Shown here: positions 29,591-39,990 of the stretch, in pieces
Layout of the letters: every line of letters begins with the position of its first letter
How positions within the stretch are numbered: position 1 is the stretch's first letter
Source: an uncultured delta proteobacterium
Lineage (GTDB): Bacteria > Desulfobacterota > Syntrophia > Syntrophales > Smithellaceae
Length of the DNA stretch: 64,000 bases
Assembly (NCBI GenBank): GCA_963753975.1
Contig: CAVWEH010000005.1
Span: forward strand, 416,001 to 480,000
Reading direction: 5' to 3'
Program-made: the position numbers and the translations under genes
Notes under the pieces: model-generated
Told to the model about the DNA's origin: nothing
The model's database searches: none
What the model saw: only the letters and a program-made list of their open reading frames with translations

Positions 29591-30829
29591 ATGGAACGTA
29601 GAGTAGTCATCACAGCCTGTTCCGCAATAACGCCTATCGGTCACGGCAAAGATCGGATAACTGAAAATCTTTTAAAAGGAACATCGGGCATTAAGCCGTT
29701 ACGCGAAGATGAGTTGATCGGCCGCTACATTCATTCCCGCGTTTATGGTACAGTCGATTATCCGATTAATTATGAGTTTAAAAGGCAGCATCGCAAAACG
29801 ATGGGGCCGGTTGCCTATTACGCCTGCCAGGTGGCCAAGGAAGTCCTGGAACAAACGGGTTTACCGGAAGATTTCATAACGTCCGGGAAGATGGGAGTTG
29901 CCTTCGGTTCCATTCATGGTTCTCCGTCAGTACAGCGTGACATTTACCGTATTTTTTTTGAGGCAAAAGAAAAATCAGCTTATCAAACAATAGGCGCTGT
30001 TGATTACTTGAAATCAATGGTGCACACAACGGCTGTGAATATCACCAAGATGTTCGGCATTACCGGCCGCGTTATATCTTCAGATACGGCCTGTACGACG
30101 AGCAGTCAATCGATCGGCTATGGCTATGAGGCCGTCAAGTACGGCTTGCAGGAAGCCATGCTTTGCGGCGGTGCCGATGAATACGATACAATTACGGTCG
30201 CCGTTTTCGACAATTTATTGGCTTGTTCCACGGCCTTCAATGACGAGCCGCACCGCACTCCCCGCCCGTTTGATAAACTGCGGGACGGGCTTGTGGTAGG
30301 AGAAGGCGCGGGTGCTGTGATGCTGGAAGAATATGAGTTTGCCAAGAAGCGTGGCGCCAACATCCTGGCGGAAGTCATTGGTTTTGCCTGCAATAACAAC
30401 GGCGGCGATTTAATTTTACCTAATCTTCATGGCATAACCGAAACGCTTAAACTCGGGTTGGAAAATGCCAAGGTTAGTCCTCAAGATGTTGATTTAGTAA
30501 GCGCTCATGCTACCGCAACAAAAATGGGCGATATTATTGAAGCGCAAGCTATCGACGCTGTTTTTGGGTCTCATCCTTATGTTATCGGATTAAAGAGCTA
30601 TATCGGACATACAATGGCTGCTTGCGGCGCAATTGAAATAATCATGGCTCTTTACATGATGCGGGAAGGTTTTATCGCGCCGACATTAAATCTGGAAGAT
30701 ATCGACGAGCGTTGCGCGATGATTAAGCACGTGCAAAAAGTATTACAGTATCCGGTTAAAACCGCGGCTATACAAAATTTTGCTTTTGGTGGTGTCAATA
30801 CCATCCTGCTGATAAGAAAATTTTCCTGA
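29591..30829 (+). CDS. Beta-ketoacyl-ACP synthase (ApeR-like)
   Basis: HTTAVN, TACTTSSQSIGYGYEAVKYG (Cys), HATAT, KSYIGHT, NFAFGG. Confidence 0.9.
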   Translation: MERRVVITACSAITPIGHGKDRITENLLKGTSGIKPLREDELIGRYIHSRVYGTVDYPINYEFKRQHRKTMGPVAYYACQVAKEVLEQTGLPEDFITSGKMGVAFGSIHGSPSVQRDIYRIFFEAKEKSAYQTIGAVDYLKSMVHTTAVNITKMFGITGRVISSDTACTTSSQSIGYGYEAVKYGLQEAMLCGGADEYDTITVAVFDNLLACSTAFNDEPHRTPRPFDKLRDGLVVGEGAGAVMLEEYEFAKKRGANILAEVIGFACNNNGGDLILPNLHGITETLKLGLENAKVSPQDVDLVSAHATATKMGDIIEAQAIDAVFGSHPYVIGLKSYIGHTMAACGAIEIIMALYMMREGFIAPTLNLEDIDERCAMIKHVQKVLQYPVKTAAIQNFAFGGVNTILLIRKFS

Positions 30830-30835
30830 GATAAC

Positions 30836-31681
30836 ATGCCCCCAATGAGAATTCTCCAAAATGCATTCGCCTTGCTCATTACTTTACTTTTGTGGGCGTA
30901 TTTTCTTTTCGGTTCGGTTGTTTTTTTCTTTTTGTTTTACCTACCGGCATATTTATTTTCGTCAAACCGCGCAGCGGCTTTTCAGAATTTAAACCACATT
31001 CATATGAAGAACTTTTTTGCCCTGACGCGTTTGCTGATCCCCCGCATAAAATTTGACATCCAGAAAGAAATTCGGCATATACATTCATCCGTTGTTGTCT
31101 GCAATCACTTATCTTATCTTGATCCTATTTTGCTCATTTCGCTTTTCCCAAGGCAAGTGACAATAGTAAAAAGCACTTTTTTTAAGGTCCCTTTCTTTGG
31201 CTGGCTATTAAAAACTTCCGGTTACGTTCCCTCTCTGCCCAGTGAGATGCTGGGTCCGACGATGATCAAAAATCTGGAAGAAATCAAGGAACGTCTGGCG
31301 GCAGGCGGCAATTTATTTGTCTTCCCGGAAGGCACCAGAAGCAGGAACGGAAAGCTGGCGCCATTCAACAAAGGGGTGTTTAGTATCGCCCGCTACTGCA
31401 ATGCTCCGCTAAAACTAATTTTTATTAAGGATACCAATAAACTATTACGGCCGGGTTATTTTTTATTTAATACTCGCGGTTTCAATAAGATTCAGCTCGA
31501 ACTAATCGGTTCTTTGGATCCGGATTATAAAAGCAACTCTTTTTCCATTTCCGCCGTCGCCGATCAAACCGGAAAACTATTCGAAGAAAGGCTGCAAAAA
31601 GATAAAGCGCAACAAAATGAAACACCAACCCCCCGTTTCTGGAAAAAATTAGAAGCAGACTCAAACAGTTATGGAGGTTAG
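30836..31681 (+). CDS. Lysophospholipid (PlsC-like) acyltransferase
   Basis: NHLSYLD (HX4D), FPEGTRS. Confidence 0.88.
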   Translation: MPPMRILQNAFALLITLLLWAYFLFGSVVFFFLFYLPAYLFSSNRAAAFQNLNHIHMKNFFALTRLLIPRIKFDIQKEIRHIHSSVVVCNHLSYLDPILLISLFPRQVTIVKSTFFKVPFFGWLLKTSGYVPSLPSEMLGPTMIKNLEEIKERLAAGGNLFVFPEGTRSRNGKLAPFNKGVFSIARYCNAPLKLIFIKDTNKLLRPGYFLFNTRGFNKIQLELIGSLDPDYKSNSFSISAVADQTGKLFEERLQKDKAQQNETPTPRFWKKLEADSNSYGG

Positions 31682-31685
31682 AACT

Positions 31686-32243
31686 ATGGAATTGCAAGAA
31701 GCAATTTTAAAGCGCAGAAGCGTAAGAAAGTTTACCGAGGATATCGTAACCGATGAAGAGCTGCGCCAAATTTTCGAGGTGGCACGCTGGTCACCGTCCT
31801 GGGCTAATACTCAGGTGTGGGAATTTATCGTTGTGCGCGACAAGGCATTGATGGAAAAAGTTGTTGGCACTTATGTCGACAAAAACCCGGCAACTAAATG
31901 TTCGCTCTCCGCTTCCGCCTTGATTGTCGCCTGTGCCAAGATCGGTGTTTCCGGCTGCTATGGTGGAAAAGATGCTACGGCGATTAAAAACTGGTACATG
32001 TTTGACTTAGGCCTGGCTGTTCAAACACTTTGTTTAAAAGCCCACGAGTTGGGCTTAGGTACTGTTGTAGTCGGTTTAATGAACCATGAAGCTTGCAAAA
32101 GAATCCTTGCCGTTCCCGATGGTCATGAGGTCGTAGCCGTTATCCCTATCGGACGGCCTGTATTGCCTTTAAGAGAAGGCCCGCCGCGTAAATCTGTCGT
32201 CGAAATCGTTTCCCTGAATCAATTTGGCAAGACGATGTTTTAA
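31686..32243 (+). CDS. Nitroreductase family protein
   Basis: RRSVRKF, SPSWANTQVWEFIVV, LKAHELGLGT. Confidence 0.9.
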   Translation: MELQEAILKRRSVRKFTEDIVTDEELRQIFEVARWSPSWANTQVWEFIVVRDKALMEKVVGTYVDKNPATKCSLSASALIVACAKIGVSGCYGGKDATAIKNWYMFDLGLAVQTLCLKAHELGLGTVVVGLMNHEACKRILAVPDGHEVVAVIPIGRPVLPLREGPPRKSVVEIVSLNQFGKTMF

Positions 32244-32259
32244 CGCAGAAAAAAGTAAA

Positions 32260-32767
32260 ATGGCGAAATTCGAAAAATATATAAATCTGGCGAAATCGTT
32301 GAAAGCGGTTTATGCAAAAATGATATCGCCTCAGGATATTTGCTTTGATATCCGGGCCTTATTGAAATGCCGATGGGGATGCGAAGATTTCTTTCAGAAC
32401 AGTATACGCTGTGGAACAAGAAATACTTCCTACCAAGAGCGAGTAGAAATGGTCAAAGGTTATGACCATATTCTGTTAGTTCACTCTCATGATGCCAGAG
32501 AATTGAGCATTGCCGTTCTGGAAATCGAGAAAACTGCATTCCTTGACGGCTACTATTTTGCTTTCGCCATTCGAACCTGTAATCTTTGTAAGGTTTGTGT
32601 CGTACAGCAGGGTAATTCTTGTCCAACTCCCGGAGAAGATAAGACCCTGCGATCAAAGTTTCGGTATTGATGTATATAAAACAGCGCGAAATTTAGGACT
32701 GCCCTGTGAAGTCCTGCAAAGTGAGCATGATGTTCAAAACCGGTATGGCTTTGTTCTGCTTGATTGA
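32260..32767 (+). CDS. DUF2284-like metal-binding protein, frameshifted near 32630
   Basis: KCRWGC and CNLCKVC..CP, then RPCDQSFGIDVYKTARNLG in a shifted frame (extra C). Confidence 0.75.
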
Positions 32768-32811
32768 ATGGATTGCCCATAACATCCAGCGAAAGATGAA
32801 AAGGAGAAAAT

Positions 32812-33576
32812 ATGAAGCAATTCGTCATTACTCCAGCGGCCGGTAAAAGACTGATCGGTAAAGCAATCGCTAAACATCCCGCCGTCACAGAAGCGCTGAA
32901 GAGGGGTACCGTCGTAATCATAGCCGGGACGACAAATGGCTATGTTGCCGAAGAAATACTTTCAGCGCTGGGAGGAACAAAAGACTTTACGCGGGATCGA
33001 TTTTTCCGCGGAATTGTTTTACCGCCGAACCGCCCTACCAAATCCGGGCGGCTTCCCGATGAAAGTGCTTTCCCGGGTGACGTGGTAATCAAGGATGGTG
33101 TATGGCATAAAGGCAAAACAATATTTGATGTTGTCGATGATCTGAAAGAGGGGGACATTATATTAAAGGGAGTCAACGCCATTGATTTAGTACAAAAGCG
33201 GGGTGCGATTTTGATCGGTCATCCGAAAGCAGGAACTATCGGCGTTTCTCTGCAGGCAGTGGCCGGCAGACGAGTGCGTCTCATGCTGCCAGTTGGGCTG
33301 GAAAAACGCGTGACCGAAAATCTGGATGAACTAGCAGCAAAGATGAATGAACCGGGAGCGCTGGGCGCAAGGTTTCTACCCGTGCCCGGCGAGATTTTCA
33401 CCGAGCTTGACGCGATCGCGTTACTCACCGGTGCCAGGGCACAACTGGTTGCGGCAGGCGGAGTTTGTGGGGCGGAAGGAAGCGTATGGCTGGCTATAAG
33501 CGGAGAGCCTGCACAAGAAAATGCTGCGGCGGCGCTTTTCAAGTCAGTTGCCGATGAACCGGCGTTCAGCCTTTAA
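32812..33576 (+). CDS. Conserved hypothetical protein
   Basis: [37 protein letters not shown]. Confidence 0.75.
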   Translation: MKQFVITPAAGKRLIGKAIAKHPAVTEALKRGTVVIIAGTTNGYVAEEILSALGGTKDFTRDRFFRGIVLPPNRPTKSGRLPDESAFPGDVVIKDGVWHKGKTIFDVVDDLKEGDIILKGVNAIDLVQKRGAILIGHPKAGTIGVSLQAVAGRRVRLMLPVGLEKRVTENLDELAAKMNEPGALGARFLPVPGEIFTELDAIALLTGARAQLVAAGGVCGAEGSVWLAISGEPAQENAAAALFKSVADEPAFSL

Positions 33577-33593
33577 AGGCGGAAAGCTGTGCA

Positions 33594-34250
33594 ATGGAAG
33601 AAAATCAAATCAATACCGTCATCAAAATTTTAAAAAAAGAACTGGAAGTGGGAACACTGCCGATTGTTTCGCATCTGGCTGAAGACCAGCGCGACCCTTT
33701 TGTCATCTTAATTTCCACGCTGTTGAGCCTGCGGACGAAAGACGAAGTGACCGCCGTTGCGACCGAACGACTGTTTGCTCTTGCTTCCACACCGGAAGGA
33801 ATGCTGAAAGTTCCTTTAGATAAAATAGCCCGGACGATTTATCCCGTTGGTTTTTATCGCGTCAAAGCGCGCACGATTCATCATGTTTGTCGGGAATTGA
33901 TCAAACGCTTTGCCTCAAAAGTTCCGGATGACCTTGACGATTTGCTGAGTATCAAAGGCATTGGCCGCAAAACCGCCAATCTGGTTGTAACGCTTGCTTA
34001 CGGCAAAGACGGCATTTGTGTCGATACACACGTGCACAGAATTTCCAACCGGCTGGGCTACGTTAAAACAAAAACACCCGACGAAACTGAATTTGCCCTG
34101 AGGGACAAGCTGCCGCGCCGCCACTGGATTATTTATAATACCATCATGGTTGCCTTTGGACGCCAAACCTGCAAGCCTGTTTCTCCGCTTTGCAGCCTCT
34201 GTCCTGTAAATAAATACTGCGACCGTGTCGGGGTCACTCTTAGCCGTTAA
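33594..34250 (+). CDS. nth: Endonuclease III
   Basis: HhH GIGRKTANLV, VDTHVHR, CKPVSPLCSLCPVNKYC 4Fe-4S motif. Confidence 0.93.
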   Translation: MEENQINTVIKILKKELEVGTLPIVSHLAEDQRDPFVILISTLLSLRTKDEVTAVATERLFALASTPEGMLKVPLDKIARTIYPVGFYRVKARTIHHVCRELIKRFASKVPDDLDDLLSIKGIGRKTANLVVTLAYGKDGICVDTHVHRISNRLGYVKTKTPDETEFALRDKLPRRHWIIYNTIMVAFGRQTCKPVSPLCSLCPVNKYCDRVGVTLSR

Positions 34251-34502
34251 CAGTGCTGAGCCGCCTTCATTGGACGTAAACCACGGGTATCTATGAAACC
34301 CTCCGCCTATGGCGGGATTGTTCAACTTACCAATTTCTCTACACTTCGTTACGGAAATTGGAGTTTCACAATAAAAAAGTTGACGAGTTTTCAGCGTTTT
34401 GGTATTGTCCTTCCGCTTTAATCCCGGATAAAAGGATTGGGCTTTTTGGCGGGGATAAAGCACATTTTCAACAATAAAAATTTTGGAAAAAGAGAAATTT
34501 AT

Positions 34503-34850
34503 ATGCAAACATTTATTACACTTATACATGTTTTAGCTTGCTTTGTTTTGATTTTAGTTGTGCTGCTGCAGGCAGGTAAAGGAGCCGATATGGGTGCTGC
34601 ATTTGGCGGTTCCAGCCAAACGGTTTTTGGTTCTTCAGGAGCCGGTACTTTTTTGGGTAAGTTGACCGCGACAGTAGCCATAATTTTCATGCTCACATCT
34701 CTGATACTTACATATACGGCAAGCCATAGAAGTTCTTCTTCATTAATAGAACGTTCTACAATTCCCGTAACTCAGCAGGCGCCTCCAGCGGCAGCCCCGG
34801 ACGCCGCCAAACAACCGGTACTACCTCCCGCAACACCGGAAAAGAAGTAA
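34503..34850 (+). CDS. secG: Preprotein translocase subunit SecG
   Basis: VVLLQAGKGADMGAAFGG; followed by tRNA-Leu. Confidence 0.95.
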   Translation: MQTFITLIHVLACFVLILVVLLQAGKGADMGAAFGGSSQTVFGSSGAGTFLGKLTATVAIIFMLTSLILTYTASHRSSSSLIERSTIPVTQQAPPAAAPDAAKQPVLPPATPEKK

Positions 34851-34866
34851 TAAGAAAATGTTTGAT

Positions 34867-34952
34867 GCCGAAGTGGTGGAATTGGTAGACACGCTATCTT
34901 GAGGGGGTAGTGGACAAAATCCGTCCGGGTTCAAATCCCGGCTTCGGCACCA
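34867..34952 (+). tRNA. tRNA-Leu (GAG)
   Basis: GCCGAAG acceptor stem, CTATC-TTGAGGG-GGTAG anticodon arm, long variable arm, GGTTCAAATCC, encoded CCA. Confidence 0.96.
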
Positions 34953-34964
34953 TATCGATGATAT

Positions 34965-35001
34965 AAGGCGCAATTTTAACGAGTTGCGCCTTTTCTTTTT
35001 T
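34965..35001 (+). terminator. Rho-independent terminator
   Basis: AAGGCGCAA...TTGCGCCTT followed by a T tract. Confidence 0.75.
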
Positions 35002-35101
35002 GGATGGTTGCCGATGTAACTAATACACTTACTTAGATCGCCTTGGAAAACGAAGATTGCGAGCGCTGAAACATCCAATCAACATAAAAAAAAGTGAGTT
35101 G

Positions 35102-35650
35102 TCAAAAATTCGGGTACCAAGGTGGCCCCCCATAATCCTGATCCCAGGGTGGCCCCCAATAATATGTCTCCGGAAACCAGTAGGGACTAACATAGTGATA
35201 ACGGTATCGAGGCCAAAGGTAGATCTGACGAGCTTTAATAACAACGTACTTGTAATGCATCTTCCCTACCGGCGCCGTCTCTACGCCACTGACAGTGCCG
35301 GCAACTGTCACTTCTCTGCCGTTTGCATATATCGCGGGATCAAGAAATTGAGACACATTTACTATTAATCGTCCCTGACTATCTTTCCAGTCCTTCGGTT
35401 TTTCGTACTTATTGAGCGGAAAAGTAAGAATGGTAAGCGTTGTGGTTTCATCTTCATTATTCATGGTAGTGACAATCACTCCACCGATAATTATGGTTTT
35501 CCCTTTAAATTTATCCGGATTCTGCCGGATCTCAACAAATCCTGTTATCGGAACAGCTTCATCACGAATTTCTTTTGAGATAATCGGCATTGTACAACTG
35601 CACAGAACAAGAAGTCCCGCAAAAACTGCGCATGAGGCAATCGTTTTCAT
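35102..35650 (-). CDS. Slp family outer-membrane lipoprotein
   Basis: LCSC lipobox, GGVIV, FLDPAIYANGREVTVAG, IYLWP. Confidence 0.85.
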   Translation of the reverse strand: MKTIASCAVFAGLLVLCSCTMPIISKEIRDEAVPITGFVEIRQNPDKFKGKTIIIGGVIVTTMNNEDETTTLTILTFPLNKYEKPKDWKDSQGRLIVNVSQFLDPAIYANGREVTVAGTVSGVETAPVGKMHYKYVVIKARQIYLWPRYRYHYVSPYWFPETYYWGPPWDQDYGGPPWYPNF

Positions 35651-35925
35651 TCTCGCCACACCTCCTTCTAGGAATTGCAAAGTATTCCTACTTTGTTAGA
35701 CTACTTCCCTGAGTAGTGCTTATCAATGATAATTAAATGATAGCAAAATGAGATAAAAAACTACTGATTATGCCCGATTTCGGTGCACGTTCAATGTCTT
35801 GAAGTGATAAATCCTATGGTCCTGCCTTCATTGCCATACAGAAATGGCTTGTTTATATTCAGTGTCAACATAGAAGGTTATTACCAACAATGCAAACGAC
35901 TGCAGTTTGCTGTCTTGGAGGATAA

Positions 35926-36699
35926 ATGACTACACGCTTTCAGGAAAAAGAATTGAACTCACTATCAATCGACAAGAAATCCTATTTTGCGGTCATTTCG
36001 GCAATCTTTATCGTGATCTATGCACAATATTTATTGCCCTGGAATAATCCAATAGCCGGACCTCTTTTTACTTAAGGTCTCTCGATCTTGTGGATATCCC
36101 GGCTGTGTGGGGCGGACATCGTCCGGCGGGCATTCGCCAACAACAAGGCTGCACTGCATTACAGAATGGGGGGCATTCGGCGTGTTCGCCCTGACGGGCG
36201 CTATTACCGCAACTGGTGTGTTCTACGTCATTTCCATCATTGATCCTCGTGCGTTGAATCTCCTGCACAGGCCAATTCCATTGCTTTACTTGCCGAAGAA
36301 TACATCTTCAGAGGATTCATATTTGGCAGCATGCTCCGTCTGTAGCCGGAACGTCACTGGCTGCTGTTGGCTTTTCTTTCTTCTCTGTTCTTTGCCGCGG
36401 CACACCTCTACTATATTCTCATATTCGGAATCGCTTCTCTCGTGCCGCTTACCGAAGTCATAAGCATTGGCATGGCCATGGCAGTCACATACTACCTTTC
36501 CGGCGGAAATCTTTTAATCCCCGCCTTGATACACGGGGCCTTTGATGCGTCTGGCTTTATTGCTGCAGGAATACCCCCTGAAATCGGGATAGCCCTCAGA
36601 CAATCCATGATCATCGCCGGCATTGTTATTACATTTTCGTTTCTCCGCAAACACACAGATGGGAACTTACCGCCTCCCTCAAAAAGAATATCCTGGTAA
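35926..36699 (+). pseudogene. CPBP (CAAX/Abi) intramembrane protease, multiply frameshifted
   Basis: GGAGG RBS with ATG at 35926; AEEYIFRG at ~36292 in a different frame from LFAAAH and LIHGAFD. Confidence 0.65.
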
Positions 36700-36754
36700 T
36701 ACTACAAAAGGTTACCTTTTTGAAGATACCGGAACCGGTTGGGATCGGCGCTAT

Positions 36755-37177
36755 TTATTCAGAATCTTTTTCTAATTTGAATCGACGCTTTCTATCCGTA
36801 TAAACCAGCTCCTTCAAAAGTTGTTTTGTTCTCCGCAATTTTCCGTCTATGGAGATTTTCATATTGTCCAACTGTTCACATTTTTCAGTAATCGCTGTAC
36901 ATCTATCCGTCCATTCCTGGGAATGAAAATCCATTGTTTTGCGCTGTGCGGCCAGCGCCTCACTTTCCACAATTAGAACACTGTTGTCTTTTGCTGGCCG
37001 GGCTACTTTTCTTCTTTCCTTGAGAATCATTTCCTTCAAAAGCTGTTTTGTTCTCTGCAATTTTTCAACTTTAGAGATTTTCATATTGTCAAGCTGAGCG
37101 CACTTTTCGACAGCCGTTTTACATTTTTCTTCCCATTCCTTGGAGTAAAGATTTATCAAATTATATTGTTCTAGCAT
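36755..37177 (-). CDS. Hypothetical protein with two ~47-aa internal repeats
   Basis: GGAGG RBS; SKEWEEKC..EKCAQLDNMKIS...RTKQLLKE duplicated. Confidence 0.7.
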   Translation of the reverse strand: MLEQYNLINLYSKEWEEKCKTAVEKCAQLDNMKISKVEKLQRTKQLLKEMILKERRKVARPAKDNSVLIVESEALAAQRKTMDFHSQEWTDRCTAITEKCEQLDNMKISIDGKLRRTKQLLKELVYTDRKRRFKLEKDSE

Positions 37178-37331
37178 TGCTTTGCCCTCCGCAGTCGGCA
37201 TTATCACAATGATTAGTAATAACAATAAGAGCTTCTTTTTCGCGTTAATGATTATAAGATGAGACCAATGAAGATGCAAATGAAAACTTTTCCAGACCTA
37301 ATTTGGGAATATACGCAAAATGGAGTTTCTA

Positions 37332-38192
37332 TCAAATTTTCTTTTGTGAGTGCTCTTTGATAATTTGCTCTATTTTCGCCCCATATAATTTGACTTTTTC
37401 CAGCGATAAATATTCTTGGAGATTATTATGATCTTGCGCAAGCGCGAGCAAGTTTTTATCCGGCAAAAACATGAATATGGCACGGTTTTCTTCTTTGGCC
37501 TGTTGGAAACGCCAGAAGTAAAGCCTTTTGAACAATTCTTTCTGCTCTTGATTTAGAGAGTAGTAGCCTTTGATTTTTGTATATCCCTGCCGGTCGATTC
37601 TTTTTTCTTGCCAAATACAGGAGGCGATTTTAGCAAACGCTTCTCTTGCCGACGCCTCTAAACCTTTTTTTCTCAACTCCGCGGCTTGCTTTTCATAAAG
37701 CGCCGGAAGATACGTAACATCCTGAACGGCATATTCCAGTTGTTCCTCAGTCAATGGCCGGCTGTCCCAACGTGAGCGTTGCATTTTTTTGCTCTTTTTC
37801 AGCTCCACGCCCACAAATTGCGTAATCATTTTTGTAAGCGATAGCTGTTTAAACCCAAGAAGAAGCGCCGCCCGATGCGTATCAAAAATATTCTGGAAAT
37901 CAAATTTATAATCTCTTTTGAGAAGACGGATATCGTTATCCGCAGCATGAAGAACTTTCACAATTTGCCGATTACCAAAATATTTACCTAAAAAAGACAA
38001 ATCAAGATTAGTCAAAGGGTCGAAAACATAGGTCGTTGTATTAACGTGAATTTGGATGAGACAGAGTTTTTCTTTAAAATAGCGGAAAGAATCGTATTCC
38101 GTGTCGATGCTCAATGCCGCAGCCTGTTCAAAATCATCAACGGCATGCAGTAATTTTTGGGGTGTATCTATCAGAAGCCATTTTGTATCCAT
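37332..38192 (-). CDS. rnd: Ribonuclease D-like 3'-5' exonuclease with HRDC domain
   Basis: IDTE, LCLIQI, KVLHAADNDI, FDT, WDSRPL..QLEYAVQDV. Confidence 0.85.
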   Translation of the reverse strand: MDTKWLLIDTPQKLLHAVDDFEQAAALSIDTEYDSFRYFKEKLCLIQIHVNTTTYVFDPLTNLDLSFLGKYFGNRQIVKVLHAADNDIRLLKRDYKFDFQNIFDTHRAALLLGFKQLSLTKMITQFVGVELKKSKKMQRSRWDSRPLTEEQLEYAVQDVTYLPALYEKQAAELRKKGLEASAREAFAKIASCIWQEKRIDRQGYTKIKGYYSLNQEQKELFKRLYFWRFQQAKEENRAIFMFLPDKNLLALAQDHNNLQEYLSLEKVKLYGAKIEQIIKEHSQKKI

Positions 38193-38201
38193 GCGTGCAA
38201 C

Positions 38202-39002
38202 TTACCAGAAACACTGATTTAACGCCATAAAAAAGACACTGAAAATACCAAGAAAAGTAAGGACAAAATAATCGGAGGAAGTCAGTCTTAATTCCACCAA
38301 AGAAGTGCGCTCTCCGCGCCGATAATTCCTTGCTTCCATCGCCAGGGCCAGTTCATCAGCCCTTTGGAAAACGCCCAACAAAACAATCATGACTAAAGAT
38401 AGAAAAGCTTTAATCCGCATGATAAGACCCGGCTGGCGCAAATTATATCCTCTGGCTTTTTGGGCAGTTTCCACCCTTTCCTTTTCAGTAAGTAAAATGG
38501 GCATGAGCCTTAGAGCCAGCATGATCATCACGGCGATATCATCAACCGGCACATGCAGGATTTTCAACGGCCGCAGAAAATATTTAATTGCCGCAATCAT
38601 CTGGGAGGGTGTTGTGGTCAGCGTCAGCAAAACCGCGGCCACAATCAGGCACAAAAAACGCCAGACGACGAAAAACCCCTGTTCTAATCCTGTATAAGAA
38701 AGAGAAAGCCCGAGATGAGGGACACTGACAAGAGCTTCACTTTCATTAAATAAGGTGTGAACCAAAAATATCAGGACTATGAAAAATAGAAGCGGTTTTA
38801 AGGCCTGGCCGATTGTCCGCAAACGTATGCCGTTTAGCAGTGTGGCGCAAAATAAGGCCATGCCGATAATAAACGCTGTAAGCGGCTTCGCCCAGATGAT
38901 AAAAACACTTAGGCAGATAGTGGCGGCAAGTTTTATGCGGGGATCAAGGTTATAGATGAGCGATTGGCCTTTTATGAAAGAGCCGGTATGATACATAATC
39001 AA
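38202..39002 (-). CDS. ECF transporter T component
   Basis: LDPRIK, AQKARG, LALAMEAR. Confidence 0.9.
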   Translation of the reverse strand: MIMYHTGSFIKGQSLIYNLDPRIKLAATICLSVFIIWAKPLTAFIIGMALFCATLLNGIRLRTIGQALKPLLFFIVLIFLVHTLFNESEALVSVPHLGLSLSYTGLEQGFFVVWRFLCLIVAAVLLTLTTTPSQMIAAIKYFLRPLKILHVPVDDIAVMIMLALRLMPILLTEKERVETAQKARGYNLRQPGLIMRIKAFLSLVMIVLLGVFQRADELALAMEARNYRRGERTSLVELRLTSSDYFVLTFLGIFSVFFMALNQCFW

Positions 39003-39832
39003 ACCTTAAATTTGCCCGCTAAAGAGCGGATTTGCTCTAAAGCATCTTCCATTTTGACAATATCGGTGCGCACGTGGAAGCCCGATTCTCTGAGTTTAAG
39101 CAAGAGTTCGGTAATTTGAGGAAGCTGCATTCCTATCTGCTTCAGCATGCCGAATTTTCCGAAGATTTCCCGCGGAGAACCTTCAAGATAAACGCAGCCT
39201 TCATTCATGACTACTATTCTCTGAGTGAGAGCCGCTTCCGCCATGTTATGCGTAATATGAATTATCCCCACGCCCTCGGAGTGAAGTTTGTCAATAATCG
39301 TGAGAACTCGAATGCTCGCGGCAGGATCAAGAAAAGCAGTCGGTTCATCAAGCGCGATATAGTGCGGCCGCATAGCTAAAACACCAGCAATCGCCACCAG
39401 CCTTTTTTCACCGCCGGATAGATTTTCGATATTGCGGCAGGCAAGCTCTGATATGCCCACTCTGGCTAAAGATTCGGCAACCCTCTTCTTAATTTCCGCT
39501 GTCGGCAAACGCAAATTTTCCGGACCGAAAGCGACATCTTCTTCCACAGTCATACCGACTATTTGATTATCCGGATTTTGAAAAACCATCCCCACAAGCG
39601 ACCTAATGTCTGCTTGATGTTTTAGATCGTTCGTATTGTGGCCGCCTACTGTGACTTTGCCGCTTGCAGGCAGTAGCAAGGCGTTTAAGTGTCGAACAAG
39701 CGTGGTTTTGCCGCAACCGTTGGGGCCGATTAAAGCAAGGTGCTCGCCTTCTCTTACTTGCAGAGAAACACCGCGCAGAGCCTCAATTCCTTCCGGTTCA
39801 TATTTATAATAGACGTTTTCTAATAGTATCAC
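38999..39832 (-). CDS. ECF transporter ATPase
   Basis: GPNGCGKT, VFQNPDNQ, LSGGEKR, LDEPTAFLDP. Confidence 0.92.
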   Translation of the reverse strand: MILLENVYYKYEPEGIEALRGVSLQVREGEHLALIGPNGCGKTTLVRHLNALLLPASGKVTVGGHNTNDLKHQADIRSLVGMVFQNPDNQIVGMTVEEDVAFGPENLRLPTAEIKKRVAESLARVGISELACRNIENLSGGEKRLVAIAGVLAMRPHYIALDEPTAFLDPAASIRVLTIIDKLHSEGVGIIHITHNMAEAALTQRIVVMNEGCVYLEGSPREIFGKFGMLKQIGMQLPQITELLLKLRESGFHVRTDIVKMEDALEQIRSLAGKFKV

Positions 39833-39844
39833 TTAATAAATCCT

Positions 39845-39990
39845 AACCCCGATAAATGGGATAAGCCCCGCCCATACGGGATAAGTGCGTTTAAAAATTT
39901 GCTTTCTACTAGAAAGCGAATTCTAACTTGCTAGTGCGTTTACGAAATTATTTTCCGCCAAAAAAAACGCAGAAAATAATTTCCAACTTA
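39845..39990. repeat. Intergenic tandem hairpin repeats
   Basis: Two GTGCGTTTA-stem-loop-stem-AACTT units, preceded by a duplicated GGGATAAG. Confidence 0.4.

Noticed and set aside
34867..37300. Genomic island integrated at tRNA-Leu
   Set aside because: No integrase and no duplicated tRNA 3' end seen
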